Shown here one piece after another: positions 14,171 to 27,166 of a stretch of 64,000 nt of DNA. Source of the DNA: Chiloscyllium plagiosum (lineage: Eukaryota); assembly GCF_004010195.1 (NCBI RefSeq), contig NC_057710.1, positions 148,954,554 through 149,018,553 on the forward strand. Reading direction: 5' to 3'. The position numbers were made by a program, and so were the translations under genes. How positions within the stretch are numbered: position 1 is the first letter of the stretch; every line of letters begins with the position of its first letter. The notes under the pieces were generated by a model. It saw only the letters and a program-made list of their open reading frames with translations. It searched no databases and had not been told where the DNA came from.

Positions 14171-14480
14171 GGAGAAAGTGAGGACTGCAGATCAGAGTCA
14201 AGAGTGTGGTGTTGGAAAAGCACAGCAGGTCAGGCAGCATCCGAGGAGCAGGTGAATTGACGTTTCGAGCATATGCCCTTCATCAGGGATGAGGCTTGTG
14301 GGCTGTTGTAGAGAGAGGAGGAGAACTTCTTCAAGGCAGGCATCCTTGGAAGAGGCTTTGCACGAAGGTTGAAATAAACTAGGAGTAAGTGAGGACTGCA
14401 GATGCTGGAGGTCAGAATCGACAGTGTGCTGCTGGAAAAGCACAGCAGCATCCTTGGAAAGGACTTTGCAGTAGGGTTGA
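14171..14480 (-). mobile_element. Tandem PLE pLTR fragments with hammerhead motif (14259-14286)
   Basis: Two copies of GGAG(A/T)AAGTGAGGACTGCAGAT...GGAAAAGCACAGCAG; minus-strand CTGATGAAGGGCATATGCTCGAAACGTC. Confidence 0.7.
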
Positions 14481-15819
14481 GGTATCCTTGGAACATGTGA
14501 TGCAGTTCTATAAAACATGTTAATGAAGTCCTGGCCATGTAAAATAACTATTTATTGATATCTATGGTTTCTGTATTTTATACACCCTGCTGTAGGAACT
14601 CCACATGCTTCTTACAATATCTCTTTACAATATTCCTGGCAATACCACCATTTGATGAACAAGCAAAACCTAAGTCCATTCTTCATCCACAAGTCTTTGA
14701 GAATGTCTCCACTTCCTCACTATGGAACCCTTTTAGCCTCAGCTTTAGGGTGAGCAATCTTTCCTAACTTAATTAACTCTGGATCTACTTCTGGAGCTTC
14801 AATAGATGAAAGAATGTCCAAAATCTCTTGAATATCCTTAAACAGAGCATCTGCTTGTGGCATTGTGACCTCGAGAGACTTTGTTTAGCCACTGCTCTGG
14901 TCACAACATATGATAAAAAATACCCAGAATCTGTTAGTATTTCTAGACTCAAATGGGTTTTCCATGATTATAGCTAAAGGTATGATTTCTACTCCTGCCA
15001 GGCCATCACTTCATAGTAAATCAATTCCAACTGTAGGCATTTTCTTTACAACCCTGATTACTACTAGCATAGAAAAGAAGTCATCATCCACTGTACAACA
15101 GAACTGGGATATATCTCTGCCTAGCCTATTCCATTTACCAATATTTTAAATTTCAACAAATTCTCTGGAAGAAAAACTAAATCCTTCTCCAGAAAGAATC
15201 AGAGTTAACTCATCAAGGGATGCAGAGGCATGTACTTGAAGTCTTCCTTTGAAGAAAAGGGACCAAGAGCCCTCTAACTTTGTTAGAGTCCACTGGATTG
15301 TTTGCCATGAATTAAGCCCTCCTACTGTGGAATCATACTAAATATAACATTTATTTTTAGGTGAACAGAGTACCCAAAATTACCTGACTTTCAGACCAAG
15401 GTTTCTGCACTAAACAACAAAATGTTATTTATTAGAATTTGCTTATTTGTCAGAAATAATTAGACTATAGCTATCGGGTATCGGGTATATCGGGTATCTG
15501 GTATAGCTATCGAGACAAACTATCGGGTATATAACAATACCAACTAAAACACTAATCGCCTTATAAACTTACCCTTACACATACAAAGAGAAAAATAATT
15601 AGGGAAAATAGACTACTGCTGAGGTTAAAAAACTGGAAAGTGAGTTGTGGTGTTTGCTTCCCAACTCTGATGTTAGATAATCCTATTTCAGCTAACTATA
15701 CCCTTGGTGTTCAGTTGTCTCTTTCTGGAAGCTCCCACTGGTTTGTAAGGAGTACAGAATGACTGATTCACTTGAAAAATGTCAGATTATTCAATTCAAA
15801 AAGTCACAGCTCACAGGAA

Positions 15820-16702
15820 CAGCTGCTAGAAATGTATGACAGTATTTTGGCACACTGGTACACTCATTACTCCCAGAAATATTGTAAATGATGCCACTAA
15901 TAATATGGCAAGGGGAATACAGATGAGTCAGGCAGCACACCTCCAACCCCAAAGACCTTTTGAACATTTACAGATGGATTTTATTGAACTTAACACCCAG
16001 CAAAAGGAAAAGGTATTGTCTGGTAATAGTTGATATGTTTTCCAAATGAGTGGAAGCATTCCCACGTCTAAACAGGATGCCAATGCAGTAGCCAAGGCTT
16101 TGCTAACTGAAATAATTGTGAGATGGGGCATCCCTAAAAGGCTTAGTAGTGACAATGGGACACCATTTGTCAATAATGCCTTGCAGCACATCAGTAATTA
16201 CTTGGGAATAAACATGAGACAACACTGTACCTACCACCCAGCAAGCAGTGGGGCAGTGGAAAGAGAAAATGCTATCCTAAAAATAAATTGACAAAATGTT
16301 GAGAGGAACTGGGGGTGACATGGACAAAGGCACTTCTGATTATGCTAATGTATATAGATCTAGGAGGAGAGGAAGAGCTAATCCTAGCCTGTTTGAGATT
16401 TTGTTTGGTAGGCCGCCTAATACAGAAATTGGCCCAAGACCTAAGGTAAGACAGATAACAGACCGCTGTGAGGATGCAATGTTGTATTACTTATAAAACT
16501 CTCGACACTTTTGTCTCAAATACAGAATCAACTGAAAGCAGTACTACCCCTACCTTCAGAAGGGAAGCTGCATAATCTAGAACCTGGAGACTGGATAGTG
16601 GTGAAAGACTTCAGGAGGGAAAGCTGGAAGGCGAAGAGGTGGTTGGGACCGTTTCAAGTGCTCCTTACAACACAGACAGCTGTTAAGATCGCCGATGTAT
16701 AG
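15820..16702 (+). mobile_element. Class I (gamma/epsilon-like) endogenous retrovirus integrase, frameshifted
   Basis: PFEHLQMDFIEL, WGIPKRLSSDNGTPF, YHPASSGAVEREN (D,D,E) and C-terminal WLGPFQVLLTTQTAVK across several frames. Confidence 0.88.
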
Positions 16703-16758
16703 CTATCTGGCTCTATTTTTTTTATCCTTATTGTCATAAAATGACAAAAGTGGGGAAA

Positions 16759-17185
16759 TGTAATGGAAAATTAACAAAATTAACATTTACTGTGAAATCT
16801 GAAAGAGAATACTTTGCTAAATCTAATTCTTTACTAAATCTTTAGGTAGACTGCCTGACTTTGCTGAATTTTGCAAGCAGCCTGGCCTTGCAAGACTTGC
16901 AAGCAGTCGAATTCAGCAGAGTCAGGGAAAACATAAGGGCAGTAAGCAATTATATCAACAGCAAAGGAATGAGAAAAACAACTCCATATGTGGAAAGGAG
17001 GTCGAATGTTCCTTGACCATGTGATAAGGATAAGCGAAGTATAGTATAAAGAGAATGTGAAAGCTGTTCAGGGCCCTTACATGAGGCATTTTGCCAAGTG
17101 TGTTGGGTCCCCTGCAGAGGTTACAATAAAGCTTTTTCTTTGCTTTTGCTAGTATTTGAGTTGAGTCGATTTAATTTCCATGACA
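16759..17185 (+). mobile_element. ERV 3' LTR
   Basis: Preceded by polypurine tract AAAAGTGGGGAAA; TGTAATGGAAAATTAA...TTAATTTCCATGACA inverted termini; TATAAA 17045, AATAAA 17125. Confidence 0.85.
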
Positions 17186-17994
17186 GGTAACTGGCTTGCT
17201 TCAATTTTAAACTGTTGCAGCGAACAGCTTCTGCGTAGAGAACAACAGTACAACCTTCTATATCTTTCTGTGTGTCTACGCCTCTAACTTGTTTCCAGCC
17301 CCAAATTGCTCAGTTCACGAAGAACCCAGCCATGTTCACTTGTGACCAAGTCCTTGACTCCTCATTGTCTGCACATTGCAGGAATCCAGTCACAAAAAGT
17401 TCATAACAGGTACGTAATTTCTTGCTGTGAAATTATGCAGCCATCCCAACAAATTCACGGTTTTTAAACAATTAGTTGTCCTTGAAGACCACAGTTTTTA
17501 AATACACAAAAATAAAATGACTCTTCTTTGCACCTACATGAGTGTTGCCTCAAAACAAGCAGCATGACACCTTCCAGAGCAAACTAGCCTATTTGATTAG
17601 CACTATATCCATTCCTCTACAATGCTGTAGATTGCACCATCTACAAGATACCATGCAGAACTTGCCAAGATTCCCATGGCAGCACTTTTAAAAGCCCACA
17701 TCTATCACCTAGAGCAAGGACAGAAGCCATATGAACCGCCAACTACATGTTAGCCTCAGAGTGATGCAGCATTTTGATGGCATTTATGCAATGTCACTGC
17801 ATCAAACTAATTACTCTGTCCATCTCATCCTCTCTAAGCAACTGGTCAACATTAGCACCCCAGTTCTGCAGAATCACTTATGTAGCCAATGAGGATCAGA
17901 AAACAAATATTCAAACCTCCAACTTTTACTCCCATTAAAGGCAGTTCATAAATACAAGTTCAGATTATTGATGGAAGGCATGAAATAATCTTGG

Positions 17995-18114
17995 AGAAAG
18001 TGAATATTGCAGATCTTGGAGATCAGAGTCAATAAGTGTGGAGCTGGAAAAGCACAGCAGGTCAGGCAGCATTTGAGGAGGAGGAGGATTTTGGGCATAA
18101 GCCCTTCATCAGGG
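17995..18114 (-). mobile_element. Miniature PLE pLTR insertion
   Basis: Decayed hammerhead plus tail; TSD ATGAAATAATC(T/C)TGG at 17980-17994 and 18115-18129. Confidence 0.78.
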
Positions 18115-18171
18115 ATGAAATAATCCTGGGCAGGCACTATGATTATCCCAGGAGTGACTTTAAAAAAGTTA

Positions 18172-18215
18172 AACTTTCGAGGGATATGAATGCTTATATC
18201 TGTCTGTCATCAACT
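18172..18215 (+). other. Inverted intronic copy of part of MMAA coding exon 3
   Basis: 39/44 identity to the reverse complement of 26389-26432; reads LSRDMNAYI on the + strand. Confidence 0.85.
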
Positions 18216-19224
18216 CTGTACCGTGTAATACACTGAGCAACAGTCTCTCTCATTGCCCAGTAAACCAAAAATGCAATGAGAACACTGATTGACCTCCCAA
18301 GGGCCAAAACTGGGTCATGGGTAGGCTAGGCAACCCATCCAATGTTGCCTCCACTGTTCATAAAATTGCAGCAAAGGCAGTCAGGCAAGCAGGCCACAGG
18401 TAGTATGTCTCCCTAATTTATGGATTCACCTTCAGGTTTTCACATTCACTCGCAGTTCAAGATTACTTGTAATGTTCAAAGCTAACATGACAAACAATGC
18501 AGCTAAGACAAAATGCTCTATTTCCACTAGTAACAAAACAGGCATGTTTCTCTCTTCTAAATCTCTGCAATTGTTTCTGAGCTTCCAATTTTTTTTTATT
18601 GTTGGTTCTTATTTTAGCCAAATTTTGGAAACATATTTAAACAGGATATTAAATTGTTGCTGTTCATACATAATCAATAGCTGCGCCAGTAAGACCATTT
18701 TTGTCACTCTCCAAAGCTATGGCAAAATTTCAAACCAGAATTTCTTTACTTTTAATATTGTCACCAATAAACCCATCTGCACATCACCACTGCTCACAAA
18801 GAACAAGTAGTTTCCAATTAGGTTGAGTAAATGAAGTAAAGCAAGGATAAGACTGAATCTAAAGGTAAGAACTGTAAAATCAAAGCGTTGCTCAAACAGG
18901 AACCAATGTGTGCCAGTGAAAACACTGTTGATGGTTAAAACAAGACTTGGTAGGAGCTAGAACATGACCAGAAGGGCTCTGCACAGCCTCAAACTTACAT
19001 AAGGTACAACATGGAAAACCAGTCAGAACGGTATTGGAATAGTCAAGTCGAGAGGTAATAAATGCATGGATGAGAAAAAAAGTAGGGTGAATTTTTTCTA
19101 CTCTGGGTTGGTCATCTGCAGATGCAGATCTAAAGTACTCAATGAACCAGAGAAAATGCTACGAATTAGATGCCACTGCCTGAAAGCAAATTAAATATTA
19201 AATTTCAATACGGACTGAATTAAA

Positions 19225-19712
19225 ACATAGAACATAGTACAGTACAGATCTTTCAACCCTCGATGTTGTGCCAGCCTTTTATCGCACTCTAAGATCAGAC
19301 TAACCTACATACCCTTCATTTTATTATCATCCACATGCCTATCCAAGCATCGCTTAAATGTACCTAATATGTCTGACTAACACTGACACCAATGGCAGTG
19401 CATTCCACGCACCCATCAATTAAAGAACCTATCTCCCCTAAACCTTCCTCCAATTACCTTAAAATGATGCCCCTCATGATACACATTTCCACCATGGCAA
19501 AAAGTCTCCAGCTATCCACTCTATCTATGCCTCTCAACCTCTTGTACACCTCTATCAAGTCACCTCTCCTACTTCTTTGCTTCAATGAGAAAGGCCCTAG
19601 CTCCCTCAACCTTTCTTCATAAGACATGTCCTCCTGTGCAGGCAGCATCCTGGGAAATCTCATCTGCACCCTCTCTAAAGCTTCCACATCTTTCCTTTAA
19701 TGAGGTGACCAG
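19225..19712 (-). mobile_element. CR1 LINE 3' fragment
   Basis: MEALERVQMRFPRMLP...YEERLRELG...RGDLIEVYK; (AACATAG)n tail. Confidence 0.85.
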
Positions 19713-20239
19713 TTCTTTGAGGAGGTAATTAAGACTTGAAAGGGGAATAAATTGTGGGGAATAGGCAATTTGGATAACTCTCTAAAACAAAATAGGGGTA
19801 CAATTGGTTTAGTAGTCTTCTTCTGACCTGTCAATGCTATCATCCATTGTGCAACATCTTCAGCTTTCATCTTACAAATGCAAGCAGTAAAATGATCAGT
19901 TTAAAGAGCAAGTGAAGTTCATTAATAATGGCAAGGTATGAACTGAGTTATTTAAAGTTTTATTCCATTGTAGAATGAGAGCATCTGTCACTCACCCTAA
20001 CTCCCCTCAAGAAGCTGGTGGACAGACATCATCTTGAACTGCTAAAGTCATCTGGTATAGAAACAACTGCAGCACTGTGATGAAAGAACTTCCAGATTTG
20101 TGGTCCAGTGAAGTGAAGGTACAGCAACATAGTTCTGAGTCAAAAACAGTGTGCGCTTTAAGGAGAACATGGAGGTGGTGGCACCTGATGCCACTGATCT
20201 TCAGGATAGTAGAGTATTAGACTTGGAAGGTAGGAAAGG

Positions 20240-21600
20240 ACAGCTTAATTTCTGTCATGCAGGGAAGATGTTAGAAATTATGAATGCTACAGGAGGACAC
20301 TTGGACAAATTCAAGATAATCAGGCAGATTCAACATGGCTTTGTGAAAGAGAAATCATGTTTAACCAAATTACTTCAAGTTCTTTGAGGAGGTAACATTT
20401 GCTGTGAATAAAGGGTACCAGAGGACATGACACTGACGTCTCTAGAAGGCATTTGACAAGGTGTCACATCAAAGGTTATGCAGAAAATGAAAACACCTGG
20501 TGTAATGGACAGCATTTGGCACAGATAGAATATTGCTTGCCTAACAGGAATCAGGGAGATGGTGTACATAGAACACTATGTGATGATGTAAATGGATCTT
20601 TTTCAGATTGGCAAGATGTAATAAATAGTGCACCATTGTGATCAGTACTGGGAACTCAATAGTTCACAATTAGATAAAACAGACAAAGAGACAAAAGGAA
20701 TGGTATCCAAAATTTGATGACCACACAAAGATAGGCTGTAAACTAACTTGTGGAAGACGACATAAGGACGTTAAAAAAAAAAGGTGGATAGGTTAAGTAA
20801 GCTGGCAAATGGGATTTAATGTGGAAAAATGTGAAATTGTTCATGTTGGCAGGAAGGATAAAAATGCAAACCATCTAAATGGTGAAAGAATGCAGGAAAA
20901 CACAGGGATCTGGGTGTCATCATGCATGAATTGCAAAAAAATTAGGATGCAGATACAACAAGGCGGCTAATAGAATTATATTGATTACCGAGAGAGGAAT
21001 TGAATACAAAAGGGAGGCTATGCTTCAGTTATACAGAGCATTGTAAAACTGCAACTAGAGTACTGTGCACAGTATTTGTTACCTTATTTAAGGAAAATAT
21101 GTAAATGTTTTGGAGTCAATTCAGGGCAAGTTTACTTTGAATGAGTGAGTTGTCTTATAAGAAAAGTTTGGACAGGCCAGGCTTGTGTCCAGTGGAGTTC
21201 AGAAATGTATGAAGTGATTTGACTGAAACAGATAAAATCCTGAGGGGTCTTAACAGGTAGATGTGGAGAGGGTGTTTCCTCTTCTGCAAGAATCTAGATT
21301 TGGGGGTCACTATTTCAATAATCAGGGATCTTCTATTAAACAGAGAGTAGGTGAAAAATAATTCTGAGTGGATTGAGTATCTTTGGAATCCTCTTCCTGA
21401 AAAGGAAGCAGGTCCCTTGAATAATTTGAAGGCAGAAGTAAATAGATTCTTGTTCAGCAAAGGTTGGAAGATTATTGAGGTAGGCAGGAATGCGGATTTG
21501 AGGCTACAATCAGATCAGCCATAAGCTTATTAAATAGCAGAGCAGGCTAGAGGAGCTGACTGACTTACTCTGACTTCTTATTCATAATTTCATATGTATG
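20240..21600 (+). mobile_element. CR1 LINE RT fragment
   Basis: QHGFVKEKSCLTKLL, AFDKV and downstream decayed RT. Confidence 0.8.
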
Positions 21601-22558
21601 GAGCCTTAGCGGGCTGAGGCAGTTCATACTACTGCCAATGTGGTTCAGCAGAGTAAAGGTTTAAGTTCATGAATAAGTTGGTGATCAAACTGGCTAATTT
21701 GCCCTGGATGACTGAAGTTTCAATGCTGTTGGAGCAGCACTCATCCAGATAAGGGTAAAGTGTTCTATGACAATGTTGACTTTTGCCATGTCGATGGCAA
21801 AATGCTTTTTGGAGTCAGAAACTGAATAACTTGGTGCAGAATTTTCAGCCTCCTTACAGGTCTGCTAGACAGTAATTTTATGGCGAGGCAGGTTCAGCAC
21901 TGATACTACAATGGAATGCTAAGGACAGATGGTTAAATTTGGTCTTGTTGGAAACATCATTGCTTAACTCATGGTCAAAATGAAACACAGTTAACAAATG
22001 TTCAAACATGTAAATTTACTTACAGGTACATGGTATTTTTAAATTTATTTAAAAAGCAAAACTCAAGTTTGTCAGTGTATGTTTGATTTTAAAAAAAACT
22101 TGAAAAATTCTGACATGTTTTACAATTCATTTTTGTTTCTAGTTCTCATTTTAAAAGAAAAATGCGAAACCAGAACTCACTGAACCAACAGAAGCAACAA
22201 CAGAAGCAATATTAATGTGTAAAGCAATCAGCAGTACGTGGTGAGGAAGACAGACATGTGAATTGCAAATTTTCAGGTTGCTGGCTAGCTCAAGCTGCTC
22301 TGTTTTTAACGGAAGGAAAATAGTATTTCAGTCTTCACTTGCACTTCTGGAAGTTGGTATAATTTCACATTAATTGTCCATTAAACTTCCACAACGTTTA
22401 TTCTTGTAATTAACAATGCAAGTATCTTTTTGAACTTTGTTGCAAGGGTTCATAATACAATCAAGTATTCACATCTGAAAATAAACAACTAAAAGTAAAG
22501 AATTGTATTTCAAAAGTATTAAAAATGTGAAACCTTTATTCTTTTGCTTACTTTCCCT

Positions 22559-22877
22559 GGGGCGGCACGGTGGCTCAGTGGTTAGCACTGCTGCCTCACA
22601 GCACCAGGGACCCAGGTTCGATTCCTGCCTTGGGCGACTGACTGTGTGGAGTTTGCACATTATCCCCATGTCTGCGTGGATTTCCTCTGGGTGCTCCGGT
22701 TTCCTCCCACACTCCAAAGATATGCAGGTTAGGTGAATTGGTCATTCTAAATTGCCCATAGTCATGGGTAAATATGGGGAAGGGGAATGGGTCTGGGTGG
22801 GTTACTCTTCGGAGGGTCAGTGTGGACTTGTTGAGCTGAGGGGCCTGTTTCCGTACTGTAGGGAATCTAATCTAATC
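22559..22877 (+). mobile_element. HE1-like V-SINE
   Basis: tRNA-like head with A/B boxes (TGGCTCAGTGG, GGTTCGATTCC), V-domain TGTGTGGAGTTTGCAC, (AATCT)n tail. Confidence 0.88.
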
Positions 22878-23267
22878 ATTGGATTCAGCTGCTACATTGC
22901 ACCTTTATTATTCCTGAAATCTCAACAGTTAAAGAAATACACAGTTCTCCCATGACTCATTAAGATTTCAGATAGTGTTGCCCTTGGTGTACTAATATTA
23001 GCTCCAACTTCGAGCTATTGTGTAAGCATCTTTAAAATACCTCAATGTGCATAACGACACATGTGCAAAATGCTCCTTTCTAAAATTATAGGGACAAAGA
23101 GTCTGCTGGCTAGACAGCTGTTATGCCAGCATAGATATAAAAAATTGAATTTTCCTCTGGGTAATTTTTCTACACCTAAAACCCTCTGAAAATCTCCATA
23201 ACAAATCATAAAGTGTTAGACTATTAACTACAAAGTCTAATTCTTGAGTCACTTTTAAACTGACCCA

Positions 23268-23598
23268 ACATCAGACAACAAAGACCCCTCTCACCCCAGT
23301 TATACTCTCCTCCAACATCTTCCACCAGGCAGAAGACGCAGAAGCTTAAACACATGTATCAACAGGTTCAAAAATAGCTTCTTCCCTGATGTTAAAAGAC
23401 TGCTGAACAGATCTCTCTAGTTTCAAATCTAATGCTGATCTTGCTTTCGTACAGCCATAACCTTGTATGCTTCGCTCTGTCTAAAGCACTCTACAATCTT
23501 TATGTCTTTTATGTTATGATCTGCCTGTGCTACACACAAAACAAAAAACTTTTCACTGTACTTAGGTACGTAACAATAATAAATCAAAGAAAATCAAT
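23268..23598 (+). mobile_element. Rex1/Babar-type LINE 3' end
   Basis: Translates DPSHPSYTLLQHLPPGRRRRSLNTCINRFKNSFFP, resembling the Rex1 C-terminal motif. Confidence 0.65.
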
Positions 23599-24599
23599 GC
23601 TTACATCACCCCCAGACCGTGTACACTTCCTAGTCTCTGACCGGATGCCCCTGTTGACTCACTAAGTTCCAGACCACGCCAAAGTTTCATTAACCTCGTT
23701 ATTTTAGCTTAGCTGGCAAGAGGTCCGGAGCCAACACCAGAGTAGCAGTCAAGCTCTCACTTGATGGACTCTCATCAGACCTCTGTGTATAGTATAAAAA
23801 CATAACAGTTTTTAGCCCTCATATCTCTCAACCCATACTTTTCACGAGTCATAAACAGATAAGCAGCACAGTTAACAATGCTCCATTGAATAGAGGAAGC
23901 AGCCCAAGCCATAGCTGCAGCCTTCAGCTGGTGCAGACAGACACACATTTTAAAATTTATGGTACATCGTTCCATAAACTTTCAACGATTGCTTCCCCAA
24001 TTCTCTATCACCCTCAGGATCCAACATCCTCCTCCACCATGGGACCCAACAGCCCCAACTCAGACACATGACCACAGTCCCAGAGATCGGACATGCTTGC
24101 CCTGTAACCAGACCCAAAACCACCTGCTGCTACTAAACCAGATCTCCACAATGCTGGCCACCAGATCAAACCCCCACACAGTACTACTGGACATGAATCA
24201 ACACCCCACCCAAAGACAGGAACTGTCAAAGTGGCTTTGGGAACCTTTAAGTTTTAAAATACAGCAGCCGACTGCTGCAAAAAGGGTCCGTGGGTTGCCT
24301 TCCTCTGACTGTCCTACACTAATGAAAGATCCATTGGAATGGAATTACGGGTCCACATTTTTTGTGGGTAACTCAAGTGGAATATGCTCTTAAATGCATA
24401 GCTCTCCTCTTCTGCAAAAAAAAGAACAGGAGTGTCAAACTGTAGAAACTGCCACTTCATGGAAAATCTGGCCCACATTTGTCTTCTTGTGCTGGCCTCA
24501 AATACTGGAAATATGCAGATAATGTGACAGTTGCTAACTCTAGACTGTGCGATCCTTGAAACTCAGAGTTAGTAAATGCAGTAGGATTAACAGCATAAA

Positions 24600-25385
24600 A
24601 TTAAATTCTCATAAGTGTACTGCCATGCAAAAAGACTGACAAATGAGTGCATGCCCTTGATATGAAGCTAGGCAAATACACCGAAGCAGTCCATGTCCAA
24701 ATGCAGTAAGATCTGGACAATTCCAAGTTTGGGTTGATAAGTGGTGTTTAACATTTATGCCATACAAGTACCAGGCAATGACCATCTCCACAAGACAGAA
24801 TGCAACTTTCTCTTGACATTTAATGGCATTATCACTGAATCCTCCACTGTCTTCCTAGGGTTTTGCCATTGACCAGAAATGGAATTTGACCAGCTATATG
24901 AATGCAGTAGCTACAAGAACAGATCGAAGGTTAGGAATCTTACAGCAAATATCTCACCTCATGACCACCAGCTACAAGTCACAAGTCAGGAGTGTGATTG
25001 AATATTCCCACTTGCCTGAATGACTACAGCTCCAACAATACTCAAGACACTTGTCACCACTTCCACAAACATTTACTCCTCCATTACTGATGCTCAGTAG
25101 CAGCAATATGTATCACTTGTAAGATGCACTGCAGAAAATTGTCAAGGGTCCTTAGATAGTACATTCCAAACCCACTGCCACTACCATCTAGGTGGTGATA
25201 CATGGCACACCATGGCTTGCAACTTGCCCTTCATGATCACTGGATCAAATTCCTGCAACTCTCTTCCTAATAGTCTAGTTACGCTAAATGGATTGTAGTT
25301 GCTCAAGACTACAGCCTTCTCAAGGACAACTAGGGATGGACATTAAATGCTGACTGAGCCATCACATGCCATTAATGAATAAAAA
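24600..25385 (+). mobile_element. LINE (CR1/L2 group) 3' fragment
   Basis: Homologous to 1880-2540. Confidence 0.65.
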
Positions 25386-26294
25386 ATAATCATCTTGATA
25401 CAGATAAAAAGTCTATGGTATACAGTTTCAGGTCAACTTGCAGCAGGAGGACCAAGTACACAAAAATAGGTTGCAAAACCAATAAATGGATGCTCATTCT
25501 CAGATCCTTCATCTTTCCTTTTCCCAGGCTGTTGCTGATCTACACTGACTTCATCCATCCTTTTGTTGACCATATCCTGATCTCTCAAATGCAAACTGTC
25601 AAACTGAAAGAATACAGATGCAAGTGCTATGATTGATTTTAAGTGTCAATATCACTTGTACTTCAATGCTCTTTATTTACAAGGTTTTGAGTTTTGTGAC
25701 ATGAAAAAGTTAAAATTTGTATGAAGTTTAGAAAGTCTCCATGCAATCTACCCAATTTCAGAACTGATTACCTCCATCCTGAGTAAACAACGCAATTCAG
25801 AAGAACAATTATATTCAACTCCATGCAGGACACAAAGGCACCAATGCAGCCCTATTTGTTAAATGAATCCTCAATTGAATACTTAAATGATAAAACATAC
25901 ATGTACATCTACCTACAATATAGGAAAGATGCAGTAGTTTGAAATAATCAATATAATTTTAATTAGACTTCAATCAATATCCCATCCACCAGTTCAATTA
26001 ACTGTTGAACTTGTCTATTCATTGCTACTACATGATTATCACATTTGTTCATTTTTAAACCAGATTTTATAATCAACTCGTGAATGTTTTTATGAAAATC
26101 ACAATGCATGTATTTGCTGAATGAAGTACGATTTTTACTGTTTGGCCCACTGTAAATACAAAACATTTAATGATAGAAATGTGATACTGCAAGTGGCCAA
26201 TTAAATAGAATGATTAATTCAGTTTCTACCGAAGAAATGACATGCATTTAGTACATGTTAAGATTTTCTAAAACAGTATAAGTATTAAACTTAC

Positions 26295-26465
26295 CTACAG
26301 TCTCTACAAGAACTAGATCATATCCTGCCCCTTCACATAAAATAATAGCTTCATTTGTGGTTCTGGTTACTCCTCCCAACATTCCCGAAGTTGGTGATGG
26401 ACGGATATAAGCATTCATATCCCTTGAAAGTTCAGTCATCCTTGTTTTGTCACCTAAGAGTGATC
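26295..26465 (-). CDS. MMAA: MMAA coding exon 3
   Basis: ttcag|GA...GTA G|gtaag; [58 protein letters not shown]; 171 nt. Confidence 0.97.
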
Positions 26466-27073
26466 CTGAAAGTTGAAATGGCAAAATTAATATCAAATTA
26501 TTCCAAGAAATTTAATAATACCAATATGTTTGACACCATTCCGAGAGTGTGTTGTAATTTTGTAATGTTCCAAATTTGAACATTGTCATTTATTCCCGTA
26601 CAAAAATATTCCACACTTCAGTGTGACTTCATAACTAACAAATTTTAAAAACATCAAAAGTGGATTAAAAAAATTAGTAAAAGACCAGCAAGCTATCAAA
26701 GAAAAACAAACAAATTAACTAAAGGATCTTCTAACACAGGAGGATGATATTTGGCCTGTCAAGCCTCTCTACCAGTTCTTTGAAAACTGCAAATCAGCCC
26801 CATACTCCGTACGTCTCAGAATCCTTACAGTGTAGAAGAGACCATTCACCCATCAAGTCTGCACCAACCCTTCAAATAGCATCCCAACCCTGAATCTAAA
26901 TCACTCTCTCCTTCCAGTGTAAGAACTAACAGAAAATCTCCTGGTGGTTGATTGTAATTCGTCATTTATCTGTAAACTGCTGTCATTGCCAATTTCTTTA
27001 TTGAAAGAAAGAAAGGGAAAAGCACTTTCAGAGACACTGAAATGGGCGAATTCTGACTGAAAGAAAAACAGTA

Positions 27074-27166
27074 ACAAAAACATAAATTGCTGGAAAAGCT
27101 CAGCAGGTCTGGCACTATATGTGGAGAGAAATCAGGTAACGTTTTGGGTTCAATGACCCTTCCTCA
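27074..27166 (-). mobile_element. Miniature PLE pLTR of another family, decayed hammerhead
   Basis: Minus CTGAGGAAGGGTCATTGAACCCAAAACGTTA; imperfect TSD (13/15) at 27059-27073 and 27167-27181. Confidence 0.6.

Noticed and set aside
22559-22632. tRNA-like sequence (also 43921, 59102)
   Set aside because: SINE heads continuing into V-domain and LINE-derived tail, not tRNA genes.
23959-24393. 144-aa + strand ORF
   Set aside because: No recognisable domain, splice structure or coding signature; probably repeat-derived.
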